Shown here: positions 39,563 to 49,155 of the stretch, piece by piece
How positions within the stretch are numbered: position 1 is the stretch's first letter
Layout: every line of letters begins with the position of its first letter
Assembly (NCBI GenBank): GCA_902538705.1
Contig: CACBGD010000004.1
Span: 6,056 to 70,055 of the forward strand
From: an uncultured SAR86 cluster bacterium
GTDB lineage: Bacteria; Pseudomonadota; Gammaproteobacteria; Magnimaribacterales; D2472
Direction: 5' to 3'
DNA: 64,000 nt
Program-made: the position numbers and the translations under genes
The notes under the pieces: model-generated
The model's database searches: none
What the model was told of the DNA's origin: nothing
The model's input: only the letters and a program-made list of their open reading frames with translations

Positions 39563-40311
39563 TCTCGAATATATCTGAACATTTCTTCTTCCGATGGATT
39601 ATTCAATCCAAATTCTTGCATGAGACGAATATTATCACTTAAGAGATCGCATCTTAAAAAAGGATTAGTTTTTTTTTCTAGCTCAATCGAGGAGGGCAGA
39701 GAAGTACCATTCATCAAAATAAGTTCATCTATTTCAGCATTTCTCATTTTTAACTCATTATTTTCAGGCTCAACCTTAGTAGAGAATATCAAATTACTTT
39801 TTGTATATTCGTGCCCGCAATAGATTTGTGTACTTTCTGGCAATCTTTTTAATTTATTTAAAGAGGCAAACATCTGATTAAATGTACCTTCAAAAACTCT
39901 TCCACATCCTCCAGCAAACAAGGTATCACCACAAAAAAGAATATCATTTTCTTCATTGTAGAAAGCTATGTGATCTAGAGTGTGACCGGGGACCTCGATA
40001 ATTTCAAAACTAATACCAAGACTTATAACTCTATCTCCTTGAGATACTTTTTCATTTATTAGCTCATAACTATTTTTAGGTCCATAGATTGATCCAGAGA
40101 TCTTATTTTTTAATTCAGGAACACCTGCAGTATGATCAAAATGATGGTGAGTAATTAAAATATCTTTAAGATTTTTATTATATTTTTCTAGATATTTAAG
40201 AACGGGTGATGCATCACCAGGATCAACAACTGATACATCTTCATTAGTTTCAAGCAACCAAATATAATTATCAGTATATGCTTTTAATGGTTTAATATTA
40301 ATCACATGCAA
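39544..40311 (-). CDS. gloB: Hydroxyacylglutathione hydrolase (glyoxalase II)
   Basis: Contains TDNYIWLL, THHHFDHTAG, PGHTLDHI and CGHEYT. Confidence 0.93.
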   Translation of the reverse strand: MHVINIKPLKAYTDNYIWLLETNEDVSVVDPGDASPVLKYLEKYNKNLKDILITHHHFDHTAGVPELKNKISGSIYGPKNSYELINEKVSQGDRVISLGISFEIIEVPGHTLDHIAFYNEENDILFCGDTLFAGGCGRVFEGTFNQMFASLNKLKRLPESTQIYCGHEYTKSNLIFSTKVEPENNELKMRNAEIDELILMNGTSLPSSIELEKKTNPFLRCDLLSDNIRLMQEFGLNNPSEEEMFRYIREWKDST

Positions 40312-40328
40312 ATTTTACAACTAACGAG

Positions 40329-40760
40329 ATGAAAACTGTAATTATTTACACAGATGGAGCCTGCAGAGGTAATCCTGGTCCTGGTGGTTGGGGCGTTCTT
40401 ATTGAATTTGGGCAATTATCTAGAGAGCTATACGGTGGAGAGAACAATACCACTAACAATAAGATGGAATTAAAAGCAGCTATTATGGCTCTCAGAGAAT
40501 TAAAAGAGCCTTGTGAAATCATTTTTTATACAGATTCTAAATATGTGCTGAAAGGCATTGAGGAATGGATACATAATTGGAAAAAAAAGGGGTGGGTAGG
40601 ATCAAATAAAAAACCAATAAAAAATATTGAACTTTGGAAAGAATTAGATCAACTTAGAGATGAACATACTATAAAATGGAATTGGGTTAAAGGTCATTCA
40701 GGTGATCCGGGTAATGAGGCGGCAGACATGCTTGCAAATAAAGGTATAGACGAACTTTAA
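40329..40760 (+). CDS. rnhA: Ribonuclease HI
   Basis: Contains IYTDGACRGNPGPGGWG, TNNKMEL, TDSKYV and W.WVKGHSG..GNE.AD.LA. Confidence 0.95.
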   Translation: MKTVIIYTDGACRGNPGPGGWGVLIEFGQLSRELYGGENNTTNNKMELKAAIMALRELKEPCEIIFYTDSKYVLKGIEEWIHNWKKKGWVGSNKKPIKNIELWKELDQLRDEHTIKWNWVKGHSGDPGNEAADMLANKGIDEL

Positions 40761-40761
40761 A

Positions 40762-41472
40762 ATGGAAAATAGGCACATAGTTCTTGACACAGAAACCACG
40801 GGCTTAGAGGTGGAAAAAGGACATAGAATCATTGAGATAGGTGGAGTCGTAATGAATGGCAGAAAAAAGACCTCAGAAACATTTCATGTATATATAAATC
40901 CACAAAGAGAAATTGATAAAGAAGCACAAGCTGTGCATGGAATATCTAATGAAGAGCTTCAAGATAAGCCAATTTTCTCAGAGATCGCAGAAGATTTATT
41001 AGAATTTATTGATGGTTCAACATTAGTAATTCACAATGCAGATTTTGATGTTGGTTTTTTAGATGCTGAATTTAGAATAGCATCGTCAACCTATCCTTCA
41101 ATTTCTGATATTTGTCAAATTAAAGACACCCTCGCAATTGCAAGAAATAAGTTTCCAGGACAAAGAAACTCACTAGATGCGCTTTCAAAACGTTTCGAAA
41201 TTAATGGTTATGACAGAAGCTTTCATGGTGCTTTGCTTGATGCCAATATATTAGCTGATGTTTACTCAAATCTTACTGGAGGTCAAAGTAAGATTAATTT
41301 TGCAAATAAATTTGAAGCTGATTCAAAGAAAGAAGATAAAAAACAAAAAAGTAAACTGTTAAATAATCTTGAAATTACAAAAATTGTTACCTCCAAGGAA
41401 GATGAGCTTTTGCACTCTAAAAGACTAAAAGAAATTGAGGAAAAGATCGGTAAAAAGGTATTGTGGGATTAA
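40762..41472 (+). CDS. dnaQ: DNA polymerase III subunit epsilon
   Basis: ExoI IVLDTETTGL, ExoII LVIHNADFDVGFL, ExoIII HGALLDANILADVY. Confidence 0.93.
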   Translation: MENRHIVLDTETTGLEVEKGHRIIEIGGVVMNGRKKTSETFHVYINPQREIDKEAQAVHGISNEELQDKPIFSEIAEDLLEFIDGSTLVIHNADFDVGFLDAEFRIASSTYPSISDICQIKDTLAIARNKFPGQRNSLDALSKRFEINGYDRSFHGALLDANILADVYSNLTGGQSKINFANKFEADSKKEDKKQKSKLLNNLEITKIVTSKEDELLHSKRLKEIEEKIGKKVLWD

Positions 41473-41475
41473 ATA

Positions 41476-42855
41476 ATGAAGGTAACTAGATTTGCTCCAA
41501 GCCCAACCGGTAATCTTCATATAGGAGGTGTCAGGACCGCTTTATTTAATTATGTTTTTTCAAAACAATCTGGAGGTCTTTTTTTAATAAGAGTAGAGGA
41601 TACTGACAGAGAGAGATCAAAAAGGGAATATGAAGAGGATATAATTTCTGGACTTGAATGGCTTGGTATATCTCCTGATAAAACACCAATACGACAATCA
41701 GAAAGATATGATATTTATCAGAGGGCTGCTGAGAGGCTAATCAGTTCTGGTAATGCTTACTGGTGTGATTGCTCTCCAGAAGACTTAGAAGAGATGCGCA
41801 AAGAACAGGCTGCTTTGGGTAAAAAACCAATGTATGACGGTCGAAGTAGAGATCTAGGACTTAAAAAATCTGAAAATACAGTTCTAAGGCTTGCAACACC
41901 GCTTGAAGGTGAAACTATAGTAAATGATTTAATCCGTGGTGAAATAATTTTTAGTAATAGCGAATTAGATGATCTTATTTTGCTAAGAAGTGATGGAACT
42001 CCAACATATCACTTCTGCAATGTTGTTGATGATTACGATCAAGGAGTAACAACAGTAATTCGTGGAGAGGATCATATTAGCAATACACCAAGACAGATTC
42101 ATATCCAAAAAGCATTAGATTACCCAGAGCTTGAGTACGCACACTTGCCATTAGTTTTGGGTGAAGATAAGAAAAGACTTTCTAAAAGACATGCTGCAAC
42201 CAGTCTAAATGCTTACAAAGAAATGGGATTTACTAAAGAAACAATCATAAATGCATTAGCATTACTTGGGTGGTCAACAGAAAATGAAATTTTTTTAATG
42301 GATGAATTAATTGAATCATTTAAGCTACAAAATGTACAAAAAGCAGCTGCAGTATTTGATCTAAAAAGATTTAACTGGGTTAGCTCTCAACAATTAGCAA
42401 AACTTAATGATGAAGCCTTTTTCGATGTGATTAAACCATTTATGAAGGATGAAGGTATCAATGAAGACTCAACAAACTATAAAAAAATAATTCTTGCAAT
42501 GAGAACATCAAAAACTAACCTTAAAGATATAGCTCATGCAACAAGACCTTTCTTTTTTGAATTAGATGGATACGATGAAAAGGGTGTAAGTAAGTTTTTA
42601 AATGAATCTCTTGAAACTCTTAATTTTGCTCATGAGTTACTTTCAAAAATTACAGAATGGAATGAAACAGAATTAGATATTGCGCTAATAAATGTTCGAG
42701 ATTATTTTAATCTTCCAATTCCAAAGGTAAATCAACCTATGAGGATAGCTCTTGTAGGCTCAACAGTTTCTCCATCACTTGGTTTAACACTTGAGCTATT
42801 TGGTAAAGAGAAGTCTTTAGAGAGAATAAAGAAAGCTATTGAATTTATTGGCTAG
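41476..42855 (+). CDS. gltX: Glutamate--tRNA ligase
   Basis: RFAPSPTGNLHIGG (HIGH motif) and RLSKRH (KMSKS motif). Full class I length. Confidence 0.95.
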   Translation: MKVTRFAPSPTGNLHIGGVRTALFNYVFSKQSGGLFLIRVEDTDRERSKREYEEDIISGLEWLGISPDKTPIRQSERYDIYQRAAERLISSGNAYWCDCSPEDLEEMRKEQAALGKKPMYDGRSRDLGLKKSENTVLRLATPLEGETIVNDLIRGEIIFSNSELDDLILLRSDGTPTYHFCNVVDDYDQGVTTVIRGEDHISNTPRQIHIQKALDYPELEYAHLPLVLGEDKKRLSKRHAATSLNAYKEMGFTKETIINALALLGWSTENEIFLMDELIESFKLQNVQKAAAVFDLKRFNWVSSQQLAKLNDEAFFDVIKPFMKDEGINEDSTNYKKIILAMRTSKTNLKDIAHATRPFFFELDGYDEKGVSKFLNESLETLNFAHELLSKITEWNETELDIALINVRDYFNLPIPKVNQPMRIALVGSTVSPSLGLTLELFGKEKSLERIKKAIEFIG

Positions 42856-44575
42856 ACTTTTCTACTGAAACACCTGAATTAGGTCTTCTTAAATCTGCAA
42901 ATCCATAATTAATACCATCTATTATTTGAATTGACTGCGTACTTCCAATAGTATCAGATGGTTTCAAACGATGACCCATTTTATCAAGAATATTTAAGTT
43001 ATCTTGACTTAATGTTGATTCAAACTCAAAGTCTTCATAAGGCCAATCCTTATGAATACGAGGAAGCATAGTTGCATCGCCTATATGCAAATCAAAGTCT
43101 ATTATTCCAGTTACAACTCTCAAATTAGCTGCAGGTATTTGTGATCCTCCTGGAGATCCAGTAATTAAAAATAACTCGTCTTTTTTATTAAATACCATTA
43201 TTGGATGCATCGTACTCATAGGACGCTTACCAGGCATAAATTTGTTACCAGGACTTGATGCCCTGCTAGTTGAAGATTTATCGCCATACTTATAAGCAAA
43301 ATTCCTCATTTGATTATTCATCAAGATTCCTGTTCCTGGAATAGTTACACCAGAGCCAAATGAATAGCCCAGAGTATAGGTATTAGAGACAGCATTTCCA
43401 TCTCGATCTATTACTGAGTAATGTGTAGTATCTTTGCTTTCTTCAATATGATTATATTTTTGTATTGAGGAAGATCTTGATGCTTTATCAAAAGCTATGT
43501 TTTTAGTGAGAAGTTTAGCCCTCCCTTTAGAAATTAGATCTTTTGTAGGCACATTATAAAAGTCTGGATCTCCAACATGATGAGATCTATTGTTATGACC
43601 TCGTCTAAGTGCCTCAGCTAAAAGATGATAAGTCAATGAGGAATCTTTTCTATACTTTTTAAGATTAAAGTAACTTAGGACATTTAGGGCTGTTAAAAAT
43701 GCCACTCCTCCACCAGATGGCGGGCCTTGAGTATAAACACTGTATCCTCGGTAATTAACTCCAACAGGATCTCTAAACTTAGATGTGTACTGCATAAGAT
43801 CGTTTTTATCAATAAAACCTTCATTATCATTCATTGAAGATTCAATCTTTTCTGAAACCCATCCATCATAAAAACCTTTTTTGCCATTAATGGATATTGC
43901 CTCAAAAGTTCTAGCTAGATCAGGTCTTTTCATAACTGTGCCAATAGCTATTGGCAAATTATTTTTGAAGTATATTCTCCTAGATTCAGGATCTTTCCTT
44001 AGTTGATCAGAGCTACCAATTGCATTGTGTAAATCATAGGAGACAATAATTCCACTTTTTGCCTGCTCTATTACTGGTTTCAAAACCTTATCAAGAGAAA
44101 GTTTTCCAAATTTTTCATGAGCTTCCAATAAACCATACACAGTGCCTGGAACAGCAGATGCTTTGTAACCATATTTAGTTAGGTCATAGTCATCATCCTG
44201 TATCTGAGGAGGAGATTTAGAACCAAATAAGTCTTTTAGATTGGAGTTTAAAGAAGATCTACTCCTGTAGTCGATTGAAAATAATTCTTTTTGCTTCTCA
44301 AGATAGATCAGCATAAATCCACCACCGCCAAGATTTCCAGCTCTTGGTAGAGTAGTTGTAAGAGAAAATCCTACTGCAACTGCAGCATCAACTGCATTTC
44401 CACCAGCTTCAAGTATCTGTGTTCCTATCTCTGATGACTCAAGATTCTGTGAGACAACCATACCATTGCTTGAAACTATAGGATGAAAGGGTGAATTGTA
44501 ATCAAGGTATGCATCCACCTGAACATCTTGAACATACAAAAGACTAAAAAGAATAAAAAGTCTAATGAATTTCAT
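42845..44575 (-). CDS. ggt: Gamma-glutamyltransferase
   Basis: Signal peptide. Contains GGNAVDAAVA, the autoprocessing site DTTHYSVIDRDGNAVS, and TGSPGGSQI. Confidence 0.93.
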   Translation of the reverse strand: MKFIRLFILFSLLYVQDVQVDAYLDYNSPFHPIVSSNGMVVSQNLESSEIGTQILEAGGNAVDAAVAVGFSLTTTLPRAGNLGGGGFMLIYLEKQKELFSIDYRSRSSLNSNLKDLFGSKSPPQIQDDDYDLTKYGYKASAVPGTVYGLLEAHEKFGKLSLDKVLKPVIEQAKSGIIVSYDLHNAIGSSDQLRKDPESRRIYFKNNLPIAIGTVMKRPDLARTFEAISINGKKGFYDGWVSEKIESSMNDNEGFIDKNDLMQYTSKFRDPVGVNYRGYSVYTQGPPSGGGVAFLTALNVLSYFNLKKYRKDSSLTYHLLAEALRRGHNNRSHHVGDPDFYNVPTKDLISKGRAKLLTKNIAFDKASRSSSIQKYNHIEESKDTTHYSVIDRDGNAVSNTYTLGYSFGSGVTIPGTGILMNNQMRNFAYKYGDKSSTSRASSPGNKFMPGKRPMSTMHPIMVFNKKDELFLITGSPGGSQIPAANLRVVTGIIDFDLHIGDATMLPRIHKDWPYEDFEFESTLSQDNLNILDKMGHRLKPSDTIGSTQSIQIIDGINYGFADLRRPNSGVSVEKSSQ

Positions 44576-46002
44576 TAAAAAATAACTTTTGCAAAGTAGT
44601 AGGCAAAAATTGTGACAACAAAGATTCCTGCAATATTAATTAAGAAGCCAGCTCTCATCATATCAATTATTTTAAACTTATTAGCACCATAAACAATTGC
44701 ATTAGGTGGGGTAGCAACTGGCAACATGAAAGCACAGCTTGCGGCAAGAACAACTGGAACAGTTAAAACTTCTGGTGTCACACCAACGGCGACTGCAACA
44801 GCTCCAAAAACTGGCAGAAATGTTGAGGTTGTAGCAACATTACTTGTAACTTCGGTCAAAAATATTATTAATGCTGCAACAGCCATTACTAAAATCATTA
44901 ATGGAACAGTCTTAAGACTTACCAGACTTTGCCCAATCCATAGTCCAAGTCCTGTATCATTAATTTGTACACCCAGAGAAAGACCGCCACCAAAAAGAAG
45001 TAGTAGGCCCCAGGGCAGCTTGCTAGATTGCTCCCAAGCGAGTAATTCACCTTTTCTTCCACTTGATGGAATAATAAATAAAGCTATTGCAACTATAATT
45101 GCTATACCCGCATCGGTTAAACCAATCACATAATTGTCTATAAGACTTCGGAACATCCAAAGTCCTGCAGCAATAGAGAAAACTATTCCAACTCTAAATT
45201 CGTCTTTGGACATTGGACCCATATCATAAAGCATCTTTGAAAGCGTTCTTTTTGTCTCATCTGATGCTGCAAAATTAACTGGATAAACGACTTTTGTTAG
45301 GATAAACCATGCTAGGGCAAGCATAAAAATCGAGACAGGCACGCCCAATTTCATCCAATCAACCATGGAAATCTCCAAATTATAGACTTCTTGCATAAAA
45401 GAGCTAAAAACAATATTTGGTGCGGTGCCAACAAGAGTAGACATTCCTCCAATAGTTGCTGCATATGCAATCGATAGCAAAAGGGCCTTATCAAAATTTC
45501 CTTTATCTTTTTCAGACATATTTGGAACTGTTTTAGCGACCACTGAACATATTGCAAGGCCAATTGGTAATAACATAAGAGTTGTTGATGTATTCATAAC
45601 CCACATGCTTATAAGTGCTGAAACTAACATAAATCCACCAATAAGCTTTGGTCCGTCTGAGCCCAATCTTTTAATCATAATTAAAGCTAGACGTTTATGC
45701 AGCCCTGATCTTTCTATTGATAATGCTATTAAGAAGCCACCCAAAAAAAGATAAATGTTTTTATTAGCATATGGTAGAGCAGCTGTCTCTATTGAAGTGA
45801 CTCCTAATATTGGAAATAGTGCAAGAGGTAAAAGAGAAGTTACAGGTATAGGTATTGCTTCAGTTGCCCACCAAGTAACCATCAAAACAGCAACTGCAGA
45901 AACTAGCCAAGCACTCTCTGTTAATCCTGAAGGAGATGGAAGAAAAAAGATTGTAAAGAAAAGAAATACTCCTATCCAAAAACCTCTTTTTCTTATAGCC
46001 AT
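44575..46002 (-). CDS. DASS/SLC13 family anion:sodium symporter
   Basis: 475 aa, about 12+ TM. Two SNxxT-type hairpin motifs (VMNTSTT, EVTSNVATTSTFLP). The stop overlaps the ggt start (TAATG). Confidence 0.8.
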   Translation of the reverse strand: MAIRKRGFWIGVFLFFTIFFLPSPSGLTESAWLVSAVAVLMVTWWATEAIPIPVTSLLPLALFPILGVTSIETAALPYANKNIYLFLGGFLIALSIERSGLHKRLALIMIKRLGSDGPKLIGGFMLVSALISMWVMNTSTTLMLLPIGLAICSVVAKTVPNMSEKDKGNFDKALLLSIAYAATIGGMSTLVGTAPNIVFSSFMQEVYNLEISMVDWMKLGVPVSIFMLALAWFILTKVVYPVNFAASDETKRTLSKMLYDMGPMSKDEFRVGIVFSIAAGLWMFRSLIDNYVIGLTDAGIAIIVAIALFIIPSSGRKGELLAWEQSSKLPWGLLLLFGGGLSLGVQINDTGLGLWIGQSLVSLKTVPLMILVMAVAALIIFLTEVTSNVATTSTFLPVFGAVAVAVGVTPEVLTVPVVLAASCAFMLPVATPPNAIVYGANKFKIIDMMRAGFLINIAGIFVVTIFAYYFAKVIF

Positions 46003-46020
46003 AATTTAATTATAGGATAA

Positions 46021-46047
46021 AAAAAGGGAGCTTTTCGCTCCCTTTTT
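46021..46047. terminator. Bidirectional-looking hairpin terminator between the TonB-dependent receptor and the DASS gene
   Basis: AAAAA-GGGAGC-TTTTC-GCTCCC-TTTTT. Confidence 0.65.
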
Positions 46048-46061
46048 AAAATAATGATTAA

Positions 46062-49000
46062 TTAGAATTTTTGATAGAATTCAATTGAGTAGCTTCTACC
46101 ATAATCACTATGAACATCACCAACAAATCCCCACGTATATTCATCAGCTAGAGGCGCTCTCTCATCCTCGAGGTTTCTAATTTGACCTCTCATTCTAAGA
46201 CCATTTTTAAACTTATAACCGAGAGTTAAGTTAAGTGTAAGCATTGATTCGACAGTCCAATACTTTCCACATACACCATCACCAACTGATTCACAAGCTA
46301 GAGATCCGTCGGAACGTCTTGCATTATCGGTTACTCCAATCTCTTCAAAGCTACCGACTTTTGTTCCAGAAAGATAAGCATCAAATTGATTATGTTTCCA
46401 GCCAAGCCTCATTGAGTCTTTAACTTCTGGATAAGCTCTTCTATCAAAAGTTCCAAGAAGATCTCCAAAACCTGAGGCACTTATTAAACCCTCAAGTGGA
46501 CCACCAGGACCAGATGCAGCAACAAGTTCAGCCATTGGTCCAGAAGCCTCTTGGAGGAATTCATCAAACTGAACTCTCATAAATTTTGCACTGAATGAGC
46601 CTGCTGCAGTTTCAACAGAATATTCAATAGCATAATCGGTTCCTTTAAGTGTTCTATCATCAAGGTTTAGATAAGTGTCATTAACTCTGACAACTTGTCC
46701 AGCTAAGCAAAGATTTGGATCCCAGTTTGCATTATAGGTATCTGATTCGGGATCATTATCTGGAATAAAATCTCCTCTTATAACATTAGGATTACCTACA
46801 CATTCATTTGGTCCTCCCTCAAATCTGATAAGGGTATCAAGAAGAATATGATTTCTTTCACCAAAAAGACCAATTACATTCTCTTGAGCAATTTCCCACT
46901 TATCAACAGTAAGCACGAGATTATCTCCAGGAGTTATTACAAATCCAATTGAAGTATTTGTAGACTCTTCAGCTTTAAGATCATCATTCCCTTGGGCAAC
47001 TCTTTGAATGGAGTAATTATCATAATTCTCTCCAAGAGCAGCAGTATAAAGAGCATCTTCCTGTGAATTATTTCTCACAACCAAGCCCTCATTCACAGTA
47101 ATTAGATTAGGAGCTCTAAAAGAAGTTGACGTGGATGCTCTTAGTTTACCCCATGAAAAAGGCTCATATCCTATAACAAACTTACCAACAACATTGTTTC
47201 CATAGTCGTCAGCATCCTCAGCTCTAAGAGCAATTTGGGATTCAAGATTTTCAGCTAAAGGAACTATAAGTTCTGTAAACAAAGATGTTACTGTTCTCTC
47301 ACCATATGTATCCGGAGAAGGGCTACTATTCACAATATCAGAAATATAGGGAAATGTAGATTGATTGGCAGCTTGAGGAGGAGTGGAGTAAACAAAGGTA
47401 CCATTAATTCTTGGATCTCTTAAATCTTCCATTGTTTCCGTCCTAACTTCTAGACCAACTAACATACCAGCGTCTCCAGCTGGCATTGAGAATATTGAAT
47501 CATTTGACATTTTTAAATCAGCAGAAAAAAGCTCAGTAGTGTTATCTCTATAGATAGAAACAGTAAAAGATTCTTCATTACAGTTTAGTCCAGCACAAAA
47601 TGGATTGTAAGCATTAGGTGTAGAGTCTGCTAAAGCTTCATTAAGAAGCGTCATACTTTGTCTTCCATGATTATCCATTTCAGAAGTTGCTCTTGACATT
47701 ACAATCCCAGAATCCCAATCCCAGTTATTCCATTGACCTCTAAAGCCTTGAACAAATCTCCATGTTTCTCTTGTTGAATCCCAACTCCTTGGAGTAGAAA
47801 ATCTAAAACGTCTAAACCATAATTCATCGCCCTCAGCATCAACAAAAAGAGTACCATTTGGTCTTTGAAGTTGATTCAACCAATAATTTGTTGAGGGAAC
47901 CAGAATGGGTTGAGTATTTCCACCATTTCTGGCACTCGATCCCATACCTAGTGGTGCTCCACCATAAAGTTGTTTACTTGAATCAGACTTGTAAATACTT
48001 GCTTCTGTATAAACCTCAACACCATTATCTAAAGTGGTGTTATAAAACATAACTAGATTATTTCTTAATAAAGGACCTCTTTTATCATATGTGGTTCCGT
48101 AAGCTAATCTTGCATAGTCTCTGATTGAGCTAGAGTCATATAAGCACATGTGATCAAGCCCAGGAATGTTGTATAGATTAGATGAACTATTACTAGTACA
48201 GTTTGAGTCATTAGGTTCAAATATAGTAAATACATTTCCACCTTCATAAAATTGCGCCCAAACAGAACTTGTACTCATATTTCTCCAAGTTGTGTCGTTA
48301 AAGGCACCCCTGGGATCATCACTGTCTGGACTTGGTAAAAATCCTCTTAAATCACCAGCAGCCCACTTTGGATCTTCAATACCACGCACTCTTTCTCTAT
48401 CATATCTATCAAAGTAAATGGAAATATTAGAGCCGTTACTCATAGTTTTACCCCATTGGATGCTTACTTTATTATCTTTTGCATCAAAGCTGTCATACCA
48501 GTTTTGTCTAACTCTCATTGTTAAACCATCAAAATCATCCTTAAGAACAGTATTTATTACACCAGCTACTGCGTCAGCACCATAAATAGCTGAAGCACCA
48601 TCTCTAAGGATTTCTACTCTTTCAGCTCCATAGACAGGTATTAAGTTCGAGTTGACACTTGATACTGGGACAAAACTTCCTCCAACCCACTCAGTTGCAT
48701 AGCCAGGTGATTGGACTAATCTTCTTCCATTTAAAAGAGTAACAGTATTACCAGTCCCAATATTTCTTAAATCAAGAGAACCAACATCACCTCTGGACGC
48801 GTTATACCCACCACTGAAATCAGTTTGGTTAAAATTATTACCTCCATTTTCAGCTAAATCAGCAAATAACTCTTCACCTGATTCAACAGCTAAGCTTTCA
48901 ATATCTGCAGTAGTAATTACTGTAACTGGCAAAGCGCCTGTAATTTTTGCTCCCTTAATTTGTGAACCAACTACAACGACCTCTTCAACATCAGATTCCT

Positions 49001-49064
49001 CTTGAGCTAACACAAGTGTAATAGGTAAAATTAATAAAATTGATAAAAGTTTAAGAAACTTCAT
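46062..49064 (-). CDS. TonB-dependent outer-membrane receptor
   Basis: Signal peptide, EEVVVVGSQ, plug motif RVEILRDGASAIYGADAVAGVIN, a long beta-barrel, and a C-terminal aromatic residue (YSIEFYQKF). Confidence 0.92.
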   Translation of the reverse strand: MKFLKLLSILLILPITLVLAQEESDVEEVVVVGSQIKGAKITGALPVTVITTADIESLAVESGEELFADLAENGGNNFNQTDFSGGYNASRGDVGSLDLRNIGTGNTVTLLNGRRLVQSPGYATEWVGGSFVPVSSVNSNLIPVYGAERVEILRDGASAIYGADAVAGVINTVLKDDFDGLTMRVRQNWYDSFDAKDNKVSIQWGKTMSNGSNISIYFDRYDRERVRGIEDPKWAAGDLRGFLPSPDSDDPRGAFNDTTWRNMSTSSVWAQFYEGGNVFTIFEPNDSNCTSNSSSNLYNIPGLDHMCLYDSSSIRDYARLAYGTTYDKRGPLLRNNLVMFYNTTLDNGVEVYTEASIYKSDSSKQLYGGAPLGMGSSARNGGNTQPILVPSTNYWLNQLQRPNGTLFVDAEGDELWFRRFRFSTPRSWDSTRETWRFVQGFRGQWNNWDWDSGIVMSRATSEMDNHGRQSMTLLNEALADSTPNAYNPFCAGLNCNEESFTVSIYRDNTTELFSADLKMSNDSIFSMPAGDAGMLVGLEVRTETMEDLRDPRINGTFVYSTPPQAANQSTFPYISDIVNSSPSPDTYGERTVTSLFTELIVPLAENLESQIALRAEDADDYGNNVVGKFVIGYEPFSWGKLRASTSTSFRAPNLITVNEGLVVRNNSQEDALYTAALGENYDNYSIQRVAQGNDDLKAEESTNTSIGFVITPGDNLVLTVDKWEIAQENVIGLFGERNHILLDTLIRFEGGPNECVGNPNVIRGDFIPDNDPESDTYNANWDPNLCLAGQVVRVNDTYLNLDDRTLKGTDYAIEYSVETAAGSFSAKFMRVQFDEFLQEASGPMAELVAASGPGGPLEGLISASGFGDLLGTFDRRAYPEVKDSMRLGWKHNQFDAYLSGTKVGSFEEIGVTDNARRSDGSLACESVGDGVCGKYWTVESMLTLNLTLGYKFKNGLRMRGQIRNLEDERAPLADEYTWGFVGDVHSDYGRSYSIEFYQKF

Positions 49065-49155
49065 ATTCTCCCCCTAATTTATAGAATAATGGTTATTTTA
49101 TAACTTATTTAAGGCATGAAATCAAATTGATGGGACGCTGAAAAAATGCAAGATT

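Noticed and set aside
44726-46009. Three 84-135 aa plus-strand ORFs (44726-45133, 45425-45754, 45755-46009) antisense to the DASS transporter. Similar antisense ORFs include 1314-1652, 21312-21716, 23105-23434, 29398-29934 and 61181-61531.
   Set aside because: They lie fully inside strongly recognisable genes on the other strand and lack RBS or start context. They have the biased composition expected of antisense frames of membrane or abundant proteins. I treat them as spurious.
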